From assembly GCA_010015805.1 (NCBI GenBank), contig ML978134.1:558001-622000 (forward strand): 64,000 nt of DNA, given 5' to 3'. The notes beneath the pieces were generated by a model. It saw nothing but the letters and a program-made list of their open reading frames with translations. It searched no databases and had not been told where the DNA came from. The position numbers and the translations under genes are program-made. Source of the DNA: Rhizodiscina lignyota. Lineage: Eukaryota. Positions within the stretch are counted from its first letter, which is position 1. Every line of letters begins with the position of its first letter. Below are positions 26,216 to 39,001 of the stretch, piece by piece.

Positions 26216-26594
26216 TTTTGCGGCTTCTCGGGGATACTATGCCGCAGCGGAAAAGGGCAGTAAAAGCTTTGGCAAGGAAAACACATTATGCCACGGTGGA
26301 ATTATCGACAATGCACTCAAGCTTGGTCCAAGGTGTTATAAAAGCTCTAGGTTATGTCGACAATAAAAGTTAAGCAGCCTTGGTTGGCCCGGAATAGAGC
26401 GCGCTTATGTCTCCCTCTCCTTCTAAGTACTACTCAGCTTGGAGAGCCGCCATTCACCGATGTCTTATACATTTCAATCGTACATCTTCCGCTATTTTCA
26501 TCTCCGCTCATGATTCCGGCTTGTTTCGAGGAGAGGACGCCGTCGATGATGCTCTTTCCCGGGAGGAAGATCGCGTTTCTGTATGACATTTATC

Positions 26595-26828
26595 CTATGA
26601 TATCCAGTCAGCGTCCCAAGACGATGTTGAAGTCGGCGTCACAATAGGGCTGAGCTCGTCGGGTATCGCGCTGATATTATTGACTCTGCCCTCGATTCGT
26701 AGGCGATTCGAGGCCGTGGTTGTGCAGTTCTCGCATCGCTTGCTGTGCGGACAGCACTGCTCTTTGCATTCCTGGTTGCCAATATTGAGTGCATCGCAAA
26801 GGCAGCAGAGCCACTTGTCTGCTGGCAT
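26595..26828 (-). CDS. Small Cys-rich putative zinc-ribbon protein
   Basis: MPADKWLCCLCDALN...ECKEQCCPHSKRCENC matches the WxCCxC...C..HxxRCxxC pattern seen in small fungal proteins. Gene boundaries are uncertain. Confidence 0.45.
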   Translation of the reverse strand: MPADKWLCCLCDALNIGNQECKEQCCPHSKRCENCTTTASNRLRIEGRVNNISAIPDELSPIVTPTSTSSWDADWIS

Positions 26829-27501
26829 ATTTCTGTCTACTCACACTAATGAGAGGTGTTCTTGATGAGAGAAAGAAAAGACTTGTCGTTTCGGAGATCG
26901 GTATCGATTGAGTATGAGAGACCATATTCGAAATTACATTGATGCAGACAATGAAGAAATCATCGACGGTGCAGGTTAATATATCTTGAGCATATAAAAA
27001 ATAGACCGCTGGAGGGCGCTGCGGACTGTCACCGCTTCGTGGGAATTCAAACTCTGGTGAGGACACTTTTCACAGCTGCAATGCAGGCCACGAATGGCTC
27101 GAACTCGGATTGGCGATGGATTCAAGAATATTCTATCCGTAATGCCGCTGCCATAGCGATGTTATGCGATGATGGCCACTGTTGGTGACCAGTTTGAGCA
27201 ATTCCTCGTGGCAAGATTTTCATATTGCAAGTTTCAGACAAGCGCCTGAGCACGAACTGCGGAGGGTCAATGTCGGAGGCACTCAAAACTTGGTGCATTG
27301 AATAAATCGATACCTCGGTACAATATAAAATTAGCAAAAGCCGTTGAATTCTACCGTTAATGCCAGCGGAGTGTTACAAATGGAGAGTATTGCAAGGCGA
27401 AATGTGACTTGGGTCAAACTAGCGTCGGAATCCTTATTCGGTTGATACAAATGTAGACAAACTGTGACAGCGCGAATTCCTGCATGGTATCTATATGAAT
27501 C

Positions 27502-30092
27502 CTAGCTATACTTTTTATTCCCTTGTAGCTTAGCTGTTGTGCTGCTCGCCATGTCCTCATCAACCAGTAGCTCTGCCACCTCGTCATTAAGTGCCCTGAC
27601 ATTCACAATCCCTCTCCAGGCATGCAAACGTTCAATTCCGCCGCCTACATTCTCCAACCTTCCCGCATTGCCCTTCCGAGATGCTAGAGCTAACAGCTCT
27701 CCGACGGATTCCTAGCTGTTGGAAGTCCAGCCAGTAAGTAGCAATAGCATGAGGTGCCCAATTGCAAGTGCTGCTTGGCATAGCAAGACCGTTGCTGCGA
27801 GTTTGACAGTGATGTTGCGGGTAGACCAAGCATATCCAAACCGCTGAACTTCGAAGCTGAACGCCGTAGTCGTATCCTGATTTGCTTCATAGAAGGACAG
27901 TGGGGTGTCGTAAGGCGCATAGGAAAGGTTTCCTACGTTGAGATTATCCAAGATTCTCGCAAACGGCTGGCCTCCGTCGCCTGGATCGTGAACGACAACG
28001 CTTGCGTTTGGATTTAACAGATAATTAACCCGAGAAAGGCTGTCTGCTACATAAAGGCCGAGAGTCGTAGCAACTTGCCATGGTATATTTTGCTTTCCTT
28101 GGATTACATACAGCTCGGGAGTGTAGTGGACACCGAAGTTCTTCACCATCATAGCCAGAGGCCGAGGATCGGACACACTAGCGTTATTTATCGCCGAAGC
28201 GTAAGATGGTGGTATCACTATCTGAGTGGTTTTATTCAAGTTGCGATAGTCGGATCGATTGAGCGCATCGTAGGGATCGGGTGAATCTTGGTATACCAAG
28301 TTGTCTGTGCGTGGATCTAGCCAGAGAGAAACGGGAACCCAATGCGCGAGGATAGAACATGGAAGAAGCTGGAAATTCTCCCACTCATCCTTGAGAACGT
28401 AGACTGCCGCTGCAGAAGACGCATTTGTAAAGTTACTCACATCAATGAATTCTACAGAAACGCCGTTGGTGGAATCGTACCTAATCACAACACTATCAGC
28501 AACCAATAACGCATTACAAGGGAATATAAGGTACGAGAATCATTGTGCCGCCACCGTCAAATATTCTTGTATACAACTGGAGGATAATATTAATTTGACG
28601 GGAATACGCAGCGAAGCATCGCGTCTAGGTCTAAAAGTTCCGATATGTTTGCAGCGTAAAGCATATGTTGGGAAAAGAATAGCTACTTACCAACCAGTGT
28701 TAAGATACTGAACCGGAACAGGCCAGTGGACATCGTCGAATTGCTTGTCAACTTGCGACACAAGCTGGCGATGGGGAAACTCGATACCTCTGGAACTATT
28801 CGTTAAGTTGTACATCGCACACTCGATTTGGACCAGTGGCTTCTGCATAGCAACGGTACTGTTCACCAGCCGTGGAGTTAAGATTGGACGAGAGATATTC
28901 TTCGGCTTCAGCTCTTGTTCGCTCACCCACTCCCAGAATGATCCCACATCCCGAGCTTGTCGATTACTAACTGTTGATGCAGCCGTCCAAGTAGAGCCAC
29001 TGTTCTTTACTGGTTCCTGTGGAACAGAGGTAGCATAACGGAATACGCCGCCGTCCGCGTCAACGGAGATGTTTGGATGCATGAGCTGATTTTCAAACGC
29101 CGAAGCCCAACCAGCAAAATGGTCAAGGCCAGCAGTAACAGAATATTCGTTCGTAGGATCAATGAACCATGGATCGGGTACAGTTTTGGGCCAAATACTC
29201 CCGGCTGAGATGTTCAGAAAGCATGTTTCTGAATCTCTATGGAACGGGTCCTTCAGATCCCACCAATCAAGCTGCGGAATCATGAGAACGGCAGAGGATG
29301 GACCGACTAAAGCGGCAAGTATTACCTAGTAACTCGTCGGTCAGTTGAGAAGTCATCGCAAAGACACGTTCGTGAGATACGTACATTTACCGCTATTAAA
29401 ATACCAAGGAACGTCCATCGGTAAACCCTGAAACGGTGACGGCTGTCCTGGCTTGTCGATCGAGTGGTAGTAGCGCCGGCCCAGAATTCCCTTGAGAAGA
29501 GATAGTAAACATCTGTGAGTCGATATGGCGCTGTGACAAGGCCCAGTGGAACGCCCCCGTTCGACAGCAAGGAGACCTGGACTCTGTGCAACACAATGGT
29601 TCCAAGCGATAGAGTCATCATTAATTCGTGCGCTTTTGCGGCGTATTGCAAGGAATCCAGTACGAGATTCTGGCCGGCAGCTCCGAGATCGCTCCAATAG
29701 ACATTCTTGTAATTCAAAGCAAGGATTATGATGGTGATGAACAGAGGAGGGATGTGGACCAGGATGGACCACAGCAAATTCAAACTCTGACGTCTAGTTG
29801 TATAAATGACTTTGGGCGGTTCGCCCCGTCTGGTGTTCTTATACACACGGGTAACTGTGCGATGCAGCTCCGTCTGGCTCGCTGCTGCAGAGGCTTCTGT
29901 GAGAGGTATCTCGTCCTGTGGGGTAAAATTGATCTGTACGTGGTCATTCAATGACCTTAAATTCTTCCAAGCAATTTCAGTTGAGGCATTGCGAAAACTG
30001 ACTGTGAGCTGCGCCGACAGAAGAAGAGAGATTGAACATTTCAGAAAGATCGGAAGGTTGGGAAGGCTTTGGAACTTGATTATACATGCCAT
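27502..30092 (-). pseudogene. Fungal multi-pass membrane protein of unknown function with a premature stop (truncated allele or pseudogene)
   Basis: Three ORF segments join through GT-AG introns (near 29.3-29.4 kb and 28690-28481). Motifs LQYAAKAHELMM, LVGPSSAVLMIP and VQRFGYAW. In-frame TAG at 27714-27712, after which the frame stays open to 27502. Confidence 0.65.
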
Positions 30093-30522
30093 GATACTGA
30101 ATCTTTTCTTCAGCCTCTTCGGCGCTTACGAATCGTTGGACATAAGGCTGAAGGAAGGCTGCATCTGCTGCGTCTGCTTTCGAACTGCCCGAGTTATTTT
30201 AGGGAGACATAGGCTTGCATATTGGAAGGCTGTTAGTGCAGACTTTTACTCCCATATCGCACTATAATATGAACAAGGTAGTTCTTTCAGTTCACAAAAT
30301 AGTCAGACAAGATGCAGTTCGAGAGTGGAAGTGTATTTTGAAGGATCATTCTCACGCTCAGGGGTCAACTCGGCTGTAAGTTCAAGTCACGGGGCAGTTC
30401 GCGCTAACCAGGGACCCCGGCTGATCCCGAGATTCGCCACCTCCACATGAACTTGCCACGAGAACGTCGTCTTCCTCTCTTCCTCTCCACTAACCTTACT
30501 GCTTGGTTGGACAATCATCAGT

Positions 30523-31985
30523 ATGGCGCCCTCATCTGGCGCATTATTCCAGCAGCTTCTAGGCGGAGCAGCCAAACAGATCCGGTACGCATTAAGTGCA
30601 ACGATATCGGGTTCAGCAACTAACAATGACGCAGCCTAGCATGGCTGAAGGCCTCTCGAGTTGTCGAGAGTCAAGCTCCACGACAAGCAGAACTGCAAGC
30701 ACAAGTGCAACCTGCATACGCTCGAACCGCACCTAGACATCCTATTCACCCAGCCGCGGCGCTTCGCCAGTCCAAAGGCCGATGGTATACGACCCATGCG
30801 GCTATTAAGAACGCAGCTCGTAACTTTACGACCTCGACCTCCCACGCATCGCCGAATGCAAGCCATGGCCGCTCCAATTTCCCAACATCTCGCGTCAGTC
30901 GGGCCATTTCTCAGCTCCCAGGCCGTGCTCGTGCTCCTTTTGCCTCGACTCTCCGACCGAATCTGAGCGGTGGAACCCTCGGTCGTACAGCTGGAGGCTA
31001 TGGCTTTGGCTCTGGGCGCATTGGAGGACAGCGATACTTCTCTCACGCACCTTCTGTACAAGCACAAGTCGTGCAGAATGTGTCACAGGGACTTCGAGCT
31101 TTCTTGATCGGTGGTCAGAAGGCACAATTCGACGGCGTTGATCCTTTGACGGGTAACAAGCGTTTTAAGGCCGTCACTGCACTGCAGAAGGAGGCGTCAG
31201 AGAAGCTCTCCAGCCTTCCGCGTGCCACTCCAGGATCATTCATCGACTTCCACGTCAACCCCACCATCACCGCGTTGACGCCTCTGAACTCCGTCGCAGG
31301 GTTCACAAATACCGAAATGAACAGCTACGCGCCTGTTTCAAACACTGGTCTGCAGACCTCAGGCCTTTTGGATGTTCTCTCAGCCGACTTCTCGCGCGCA
31401 TTGAAAGACCTTGCGCTCATTCTCAACGACCTGAAGACCATATCAACGCTTGGCGACCTACCCATTACATATCGGGAGAATCGATCATGCCTCCGAATAC
31501 ATTTTCCTGGCTGCGATGCTGATACGGTCGAGAAGCTCTGCATAGAACTGGGCATTAAACGTGGCGTTGTCGGACAAGATCCCGATTTTGATGACTACAT
31601 AGGCACAGAGATAGCACTGCTCTTCCCGTTCGCGCCGAGCAAGACTGTTAGCGAATGTAGCTTCTTCGAGAAACCGGTCGAGCGAAGGTTGTATCAACGC
31701 CGTAGCGAAGAGGTTCCTTGGCGGGATATGTTATCTCCTTCACAATCACCATCAGAGGTCGCATTCAGTACGCTGTCTAATGATGGTCTTGAGATAGACG
31801 AATTCGAGCCGGTTGGCGGCATCGAAGAATCGAATCCGTGGCTTTCGAGCCCCTCCGGCTACGAGAGCATCGAGAGTAGCCACTTGGTCAGTGAGGCAGC
31901 TGATAAGAATGCCCCACTGGAATTTCAAGGATTCGAGGGACTATACAGGTTCATGGAAATGTGTGATGATAGGCGGATGATTTGA
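30523..31985 (+). CDS. Conserved fungal hypothetical protein (RYFSH / HFPGCD motif family)
   Basis: Exon 1 MAPSSGALFQQLLGGAAKQIR, then an intron ending at 30634, continues in frame into the 426-aa ORF with RAPFASTLRPNL, RYFSHAP, LDVLSADFSRALKDL, LGDLP and HFPGCDA. Confidence 0.7.
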
Positions 31986-32182
31986 GGATGGCGTTGGAAC
32001 ACTGGCATCTCCACTAGGCTCAATTTGTCTGTATATTTCGTAGCATGCGCGCTTGCATTCGTTTCCCTTGGTAGGGAGAATGACCACAGATGAACAGACA
32101 TCTGATGGCGCGTTCGCTCATTACGATGAATTTCGTATGTACAACGAATCGAATGAATTGAATCATATCAACCATCTGTTCC

Positions 32183-32733
32183 TTACTTGGCGGCGCCTCC
32201 CTCCCTGACCCAATCCGCAAATTCCCTTCTTTTTGCCTGCAAACTGATTAGCATTGTCTCCGCGTCTTGCGTCTCACGAAGGGCAGACTCACCCTGATAT
32301 CCAAGAAACCGTTTCTCTGATCTAGGACCGCGAATGGATTGCCCACCGTTCCACCGGCTCTCACCTTCTCTTCCACTAACGCCCTTCGCTGTTCCAGTGA
32401 CACATGATCCTCCTTCTCAACAGAAGAAGCCCATACCGCCCATTGGATGGGTCGTAATGAAGGCGCACCGATCACGATGCCTGTGCAGAGGACAAGGAGA
32501 GAGAGGAGCGTTTCTATTGTGATATCGAGCGGGAGAGATGTGATTTCACCGGATGAGGAACTCGATGAGGAGCTGGATGTAAGGAGAGAATGCTCGTAGG
32601 CGGAGTATACGCTTGTGCGCAGGTTAGCATTCGAATTTGCGAGGCGGAGAGATCAATAATGATTGGAGGGAGCTTACGCATGGGTGAGGAATATGACGCC
32701 AGTCAAGTTTAGAGAGTTCGAGAGTAGACCCAT
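32183..32733 (-). CDS. EMC5: ER membrane complex subunit 5 / MMgT-family protein
   Basis: Three-exon model only partly in the ORF track: MGLLSNSLNLTGVIFLTHA|VYSAYEH...LPLDITIETLLSLLVLCTGIVIG...LRPIQW...RNGFLDIR|AKRREFADWV. Confidence 0.8.
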
Positions 32734-33134
32734 GTTGTACTTTGCAAGTTACATGTCATATACTGCTCTGGGTTGATAGGAAACGTCCAACTTGGAAGAA
32801 GCTACTAGAGGCGCCGAAGCGCGCGTTAACGGAAAAATTTCGGCTTCCTCTGATCCCCTCAGGATGGCAAGGCGGCGGCAAATTCCGACGTGGTTCGAGC
32901 CTTGATGAAGCTCCCAGGGTATTTTATATTCCCAATACCAACTCAAGCTTTCGTCTAACACTTTCACGATATAGCGACGCTCGTGAAGGGCTGAGAATCG
33001 AAAAGAGATTAGTCAGCATTTCCGCGACACGCTTATAAAGAATGTCCACATCATAGACGCCACGATTTCGAATCAAAAGGCCAAGTTCGAGCAAACTCAG
33101 TTCACATTCGTCACTCTCCTCTCTCACGCTCAAG

Positions 33135-34325
33135 ATGTCCGATCCAGGAGCCGTTGCCGTCGTTTGCGTCGGCATGGCCGGCTCAGGCAAAACCACATTC
33201 ATGCAGCGTATTAACTCGTACCTCCACGCAAAGCACGACCCGCCGTACGTGATCAACCTCGACCCAGCAGTGCGCAATGTGCCGTTCGAGGCGAACATCG
33301 ACATTCGCGACAGCGTCAACTACAAGGAGGTTATGAAGCAGTACAATCTCGGTCCGAACGGTGGCATCCTCACGTCTCTGAATCTCTTTGCGACAAAGAT
33401 TGACCAAATACTTGCGCTGCTCGAGAAGCGAACAGCAGCGCCGCCGCCAGCAAAGCCAGGAGAGCCTCAGGCGAAGCCGGTGCGGAATATCATTGTCGAC
33501 ACACCGGGGCAGATTGAGGTGTTTGTGTGGAGCGCAAGTGGCGATATCTTGCTTGGATCGCTAGCTTCCTCGTTTCCCACGGTCATTGCGTACATCATCG
33601 ACACCCCGCGCACAGCATCGACCAGCACGTTCATGAGCAACATGCTCTATGCGTGCAGCATATTGTATAAGACAAAGTTGCCCATGATTTTGGTGTGCAA
33701 CAAGACCGATGTCAAAGATGCGGAGTTCGTGGAGGAGTGGATGACGGATTTCGAAGCCTTTCAGGCGGCGCTGCGAGAAGAGGAGGAGAACCCAGAAGGT
33801 GGAGACGGATTAGGCGGAGGAGGCAGTGGGTACATGGGCAGTCTGCTGAACAGCATGAGCCTGGTATTGGAAGAGTTCTACAGCCACCTGAGTGTTGTGG
33901 GTGTCAGTTCGATGACAGGTGAAGGCGTGGATGATTTCTTCGCGGCGGTGAGAGAGAAGGCTGCAGAGTTTGAGCGGGACTACAAACCTGAATTAGAGCG
34001 CAGACGGCAGCAGAGGGAAGAGGAAAAGAAGGGCAAGCAGGAGAAGGATTTGAACAGGCTGTTGAAGGACATGAATGTGTCTACTGCTTCGAGTTCGAAG
34101 CAGACAAAACCGCCGAAAGCGGAGCCGGAGACGATCAGCGACATGGAGGACGAAGACGATGATGACGATGATGGGGACCTTGTCGACCCGGATGAGGAAG
34201 ATGATGATGAGGAGAAAGATGGTCTTACGCAGAGATACCAGCAAGCGCTCAAGGACAGCGAGAGTAATCCACATGGCGATGACTTCAGCTTTGCCAGATA
34301 TATGCACAAGGCGAACATTGGCTGA
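33135..34325 (+). CDS. GPN1: GPN-loop GTPase 1 (Npa3/XAB1)
   Basis: [10 protein letters not shown]-loop, NLDPAV, LGPNGGI (GPN loop), [13 protein letters not shown] and an acidic C-terminal tail. Intronless. Confidence 0.95.
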   Translation: MSDPGAVAVVCVGMAGSGKTTFMQRINSYLHAKHDPPYVINLDPAVRNVPFEANIDIRDSVNYKEVMKQYNLGPNGGILTSLNLFATKIDQILALLEKRTAAPPPAKPGEPQAKPVRNIIVDTPGQIEVFVWSASGDILLGSLASSFPTVIAYIIDTPRTASTSTFMSNMLYACSILYKTKLPMILVCNKTDVKDAEFVEEWMTDFEAFQAALREEEENPEGGDGLGGGGSGYMGSLLNSMSLVLEEFYSHLSVVGVSSMTGEGVDDFFAAVREKAAEFERDYKPELERRRQQREEEKKGKQEKDLNRLLKDMNVSTASSSKQTKPPKAEPETISDMEDEDDDDDDGDLVDPDEEDDDEEKDGLTQRYQQALKDSESNPHGDDFSFARYMHKANIG

Positions 34326-35644
34326 GCAGTTGCCAAATATGCGAACGACGTTTCACTGAGGCAGCAGCGCTCTGTCCGCGTGACTAGATTCATGAAAGGA
34401 ATGCACCGGAGAAGGCCGTTTGCGAATCGGCGGTCTATATGGAGTACGGAGCTTCCCTGTGTCAACTACCACAGACACGTCACGAAGCCCAAATGACGAC
34501 CTGGAGATATTCACTGTTTTGGTCCGCAAGCGCCCGCAGTGAGGAACTTGTCTTGCTACGAAGCACTCCTCGCGCCTCTTGGCCGCTTAATTGCTGGTAC
34601 TACCAGGATCATGTAGCATATAATGGCGCAGATTAAATCACACTACAACATCATGCGGATTATTCTGTTGATCCCTGGTTCTGTTGAGGTATGTTGTGAC
34701 ATCACATGAACCTTATGAAACCGGTTGTTGTCCTACATTTCTTATAAAGACTCGAGCCGACGCTTTGGCTGCCGTGGCATATATATAATTCTCTCTCGTA
34801 TTGCTGAATGCTGCGTGAGTTCGCACCTACAGTACCTACTATGTCCTTAGAAACGCCCAACGAAGGCCATGTTAAGCAACTGATACATTCACTCTCAGCT
34901 TGCATCGAAGCAATAGCCCACGCTGTCCCGAGCCATATTCGCATCCCCTCGCGTCTCCGTTCGGCCAATCCTTTTCGACCGGACACGACCCCGATGGGCC
35001 AAGGGCATAGTGCCAACGAGCCCGATACGTATGTATGGAGCGCGATTAAGTACCACAATGATGGTAGGCGAACATGACTACGGCGTCCTACACCAGCCAT
35101 AAACACTGATCCTTCTGATCACTACAGAGAGACAAAAAATATCCCGAAAGACTGGGATCCCGCGCCTGCCGCTGAAGTTCTCACCGGATCTCGCACGTGG
35201 AGCGGAGCAATGGGCACAACACCTCCTCAAAACAAACAGCTTCAAGCACTCGAACGCGGATGGTGAGTACGGCGAGAACCTGTGGATGGGTAGTGGCAGG
35301 CAGCTTCGCGGTCCAGCGGATATTCAGAAGATGATTGCCGATGCACATAGTAGCTGGATTGAGGAGGGTCATCGACCTGGCGAGAACACACATTATTCAC
35401 AGGTACGTATCTAACGCTGGTACATCCGTGTCACAAACATGGAGGAGCTGACCGTGTTTCTGGAAGATGATCTGGCCGTACACGACAGAGCTTGGTATCG
35501 CTCATGCGTACCGCGACGGTACCGCAGTGGTTGTTGCGAGATATTCGCCACCTGGAAACATATTGGTCGTTTGTCCGCTTAAGGGGTATCACATTTCTTC
35601 GATGTAATGAGCGAACGAGGGATTGAATGTTCCGATTAACGAGT

Positions 35645-36560
35645 CTAATGGAGCGGGTGGTCGGTGAGATCGATACCCTTTGATTCAAGGAACTCGCGAC
35701 GCTCCATGAACCGGTGATTGAGTGTCCACTGAGTGACTGCATTCAAGTCTCTACACCGATACCTTCCATGCTCGCCAAAGTTGAGGTAGTCCTCTGTCGG
35801 AGAGAGGTTTACATCAGCATTACACATCATGCCCTGTCGGATCCAGTCCACACAGTGTAGGCTGTGATTGTAACCTTCAGACCCGTAGGCGAAAAACTGA
35901 TGGTTTGGGTGGTTGAGGCGCTCACGAACAACCTCCTGATATGGGTAAGCATCTTGGTTGGACTAAGTCGTTTCGCATAGGCTTACTAGACAGTGTAGCT
36001 GGTGGAATACTTCTACTTGATATACGCTGCTGCCAGGATACTTTGGAGGCGCTGCGGCAGAAGGAGGCAATCCTCTCTCAGCCGCCCATTCATCTGGGAC
36101 TATAACAACTCCGCCTCCCTCTGGAAATGGTGTTAGTCAAATAGAGGAACCACTTTTTTTACAAGCAGCTTACTAGGATGCATGCTGACACGCCAATAAA
36201 TATCATTCTCATCAGATTCCGGTACGATATCTGGGTTGGACAAGAAGGTAGTGGGAGTATTGAATTTATTTAGTTCATCATCTGAAACATTTATGAGTGT
36301 TTGATAGAACTGGTATCGAAGGGGACTTACACGAATCATTGATCAGCGATAAAGCCTGGCAAGGTGTCCAAAGGGTGAACCAAAGTATTGTAGCTATCAC
36401 GGCTAGATTGAGACACTGAACTATGAGAACCCATGTACAAGTATTTAAGCCGTTGTGATGTTGAAGTGATCGAAGCACAGGTAAATCAGAAGCGCAATTT
36501 GGATCATGCTGTTCACTCTCCTTCTGAGTGAGAGGACGATAGCTAGTCAATACTCTCCAT
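35645..36560 (-). CDS. UstYa-like / DUF3328 oxidase #1 (start codon out of frame)
   Basis: Four exons with introns 36330-36282, 36173-36121 and 35986-35936. N-terminal TM helix, then GGGVV..GLPPS...YQVEVFHQLHCL|EVVR...NHSLHCVDWIRQGMMCNAD...CRDLNAVTQW. Two HxxHC motifs. Confidence 0.85.
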
Positions 36561-36842
36561 GATGAAGAATTGGGGTCAGACAGGAAAGAGATTCTAGCTT
36601 GAGCCTACAAAGTTCTTATCTTATAAACTTTGAAACAGACCTAACGCTGATTTAACCTCACTCATCTGACTCATAACCTAGTTCACGCTTAAGTGGGACG
36701 CATCCCTGAGTAAGTTAGTCGATTTTACAAATACATACAAGGTTATTGGCAGCGCAAATCTCCATACCCACTGCATATATTAATGTAAAACCTCTGCAGC
36801 GGCTTATTCAAGCCTATTGCATCAACCATACATATAACTATT

Positions 36843-37871
36843 CTATGTTTCTAGTAAACTCCCATTATAATTGGTTACTTGGTGCTGAACTAATTGTTCT
36901 TTAACAGCATTCCAATCTCGACAATTGTGGCCTGACCCTATCCCATCGAATACTATTCTCGACGATCCATCCATGCGCATACTTTCATGGCCAAACGTGA
37001 GAGTTGTGTCACCTGAGCGAGCGTATCAGTACGGCTCCAAAGTAAATCATACGTTTTGAACTCTGCCGCGTGTCTTACCAGCACAAAGTATTCCTTGTCG
37101 GACTGTTGATGTTTGTTAGCCACGGAAGACATAATGAGCCAGATTAGTTTAGCTATCTTACTAATATCAAGACAATGAAAGACATGTTTTGGGGTACTGT
37201 ATTTTGATGTGGTACCTTTGTCATGATCAATTATCACCCTCCTGAGGGTAGCCTAAATATGCGTTATCAAACAGAAGGTTATTAAAGATATAGGGCAAGA
37301 ATTACCAAGCAATGAAGCTGATGGATAAGTGACGCTTGATATATTTCAGATCTTTCAGGGTCGTTGATTTCAGACTCGTTGGAACGGTCCCATAGCACAC
37401 TTTTTGGTAAGTTGTGCTGCCGAGGGTATGGCACACGGACGTAGCCAGCGCCAACTGAAATCAATTCAGCATCAAGTATATCAGAGCATAGGGATTGTTT
37501 TATACGTGGCAGCATATCATCCCAAGCTTTATCTCCGAGCTCACTAGTATCCCAATACTCTTCCGCCTTGACGAACTCGGTGTATATGATTGGAACTGTT
37601 GAATCTCAGCGATATACATGTTTGTAAGGTAGGAGATCTCACCAGCAGGAAAGAAATTTATGGGTGAGCCCAAGGACCTCTCCATCCCAATATGAGAAAC
37701 CTTAAATATCCACAAAACTACCAAGATTAACAGCGCTAAGAACACGAAACCAATTCTCATTGCTAAAGCCTTAGAAAAGGTCCACCGACTACTGATCCAT
37801 ATGGTGGAGTGGGATTCGTCTATCAGTTCTTCCTCATCTTGGGCTATCGCCTTGTACGTGTTTGAACCCAT
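36843..37871 (-). CDS. UstYa-like / DUF3328 oxidase #2
   Basis: Six exons with introns 37642-37596, 37505-37455, 37305-37253, 37161-37103 and 37078-37013. Reads MGSNTYKAI..., TM helix, AWDDMLP.GAGYV...IHQLHCL...KHVFHCLDIIRQGILCAGDTTL...DGIGSGHNCRDWNAV. Confidence 0.9.
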
Positions 37872-38751
37872 CGTACTATGTAGACGAGAGAAATATTGTC
37901 GATGATATCTGTCTAGCAAGAAGGAAGACTTCTTCGGAACTCCTCATAAAGAACAATTGCTCTCAATTACTAATGTGAAAACCATATCTTTCCATAAACG
38001 GCAAAATGTAAAGGACGCACTAAGCCTGCTGCTTACTGTAAATTAGCCTCCTGAGGGGTTTCAGATAAGCCTCTCGTGTAATCTTGTGTTCAAATATCAC
38101 ATAGATCGTACACTTAGCAGCGTGGCGCTTCGACGCATCCAAACGCGTTTGGAGCGTGTCGGTGGGTCGGATCTAACAGCGTCGGCTTGAAAACGAACCA
38201 AAGGCGGCGAGAGATTAGTCCATATTGAATAGATTTGCCACTGTTGCGCTTTTTAACAAATTAGAAGCTCTGATATATTAAGTACTGATAGCCTAGACGC
38301 ATCTAGATATCGCTTAGACGTAATCGAAGAGACCGGTCAGCTCCAACGCACATGGATCTGACGCAATAGTTCAATGCTTAGAGTGCGGAGCGCGGCCGCG
38401 AGCCACGCTAGACTACACTTCTTCTTGGAATATGCCTCTGTGTCAAAAAATCCTAGATCCACAAATGCTCTCAAATTCCTAAAGTGTTCTCGTATTCGTC
38501 TTATCTCACTTCGTATTCTTGTCCTCTCTAGGCGCTTCGTCTTTCCCCGGATTTTCGATGCATTTAAAGCTTCGAGCCGTGCTCAAATTCAGATGGCCAG
38601 ATTGCCTTCAATTAATGCATTTTGAATAGCTTTTAACGTTTTCAAATCTGCATTTCATAACAGCTCAAATCTGAGCATAAAAGAAGACCAATCTCTCTAC
38701 CTTTCCACCTCATCATTTCTCCTGAAGCACCAATTCTACAGCTCATTCATA

Positions 38752-38916
38752 ATGCGTTTCACTCTATTCCTGCCTACAGCATTGCTGTACTTCGCTACTA
38801 CAACCGTTGCGGCACCGGTACAACAAGAGAGAGCTGTGGTTCCTAGCCTCGATGCCCGAGCTCGCTGCTTTGTAGGCATTTGCGGAGGAAGTAGCAATTT
38901 TTCGGACCGCAAGTAA
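38752..38916 (+). CDS. Small secreted prepropeptide, candidate RiPP precursor (54 aa)
   Basis: MRFTLFLPTALLYFATTTVA-APVQQERAVVPSLDAR-ARCFVGICGGSSNFSDRK*. Signal-peptide-like N-terminus ending VA|AP, an LxxR pro-site, CATAATG start context and a TATA-like CATAAAA at about 38676. Too short for the ORF track. Confidence 0.75.
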   Translation: MRFTLFLPTALLYFATTTVAAPVQQERAVVPSLDARARCFVGICGGSSNFSDRK

Positions 38917-39001
38917 ACAATCCTAGGTCAGTATAGTATAATATTCACTCTGTATATCTGCTTGATCTACTATACGATAAGTACACCGCAGCTAAATACT
39001 A

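Noticed and set aside
36790..38300. Recurring TAAGCC/TAGCC words upstream of the DUF3328 cluster genes
   Set aside because: Short words whose enrichment cannot be shown by eye, and no cluster transcription factor is present.
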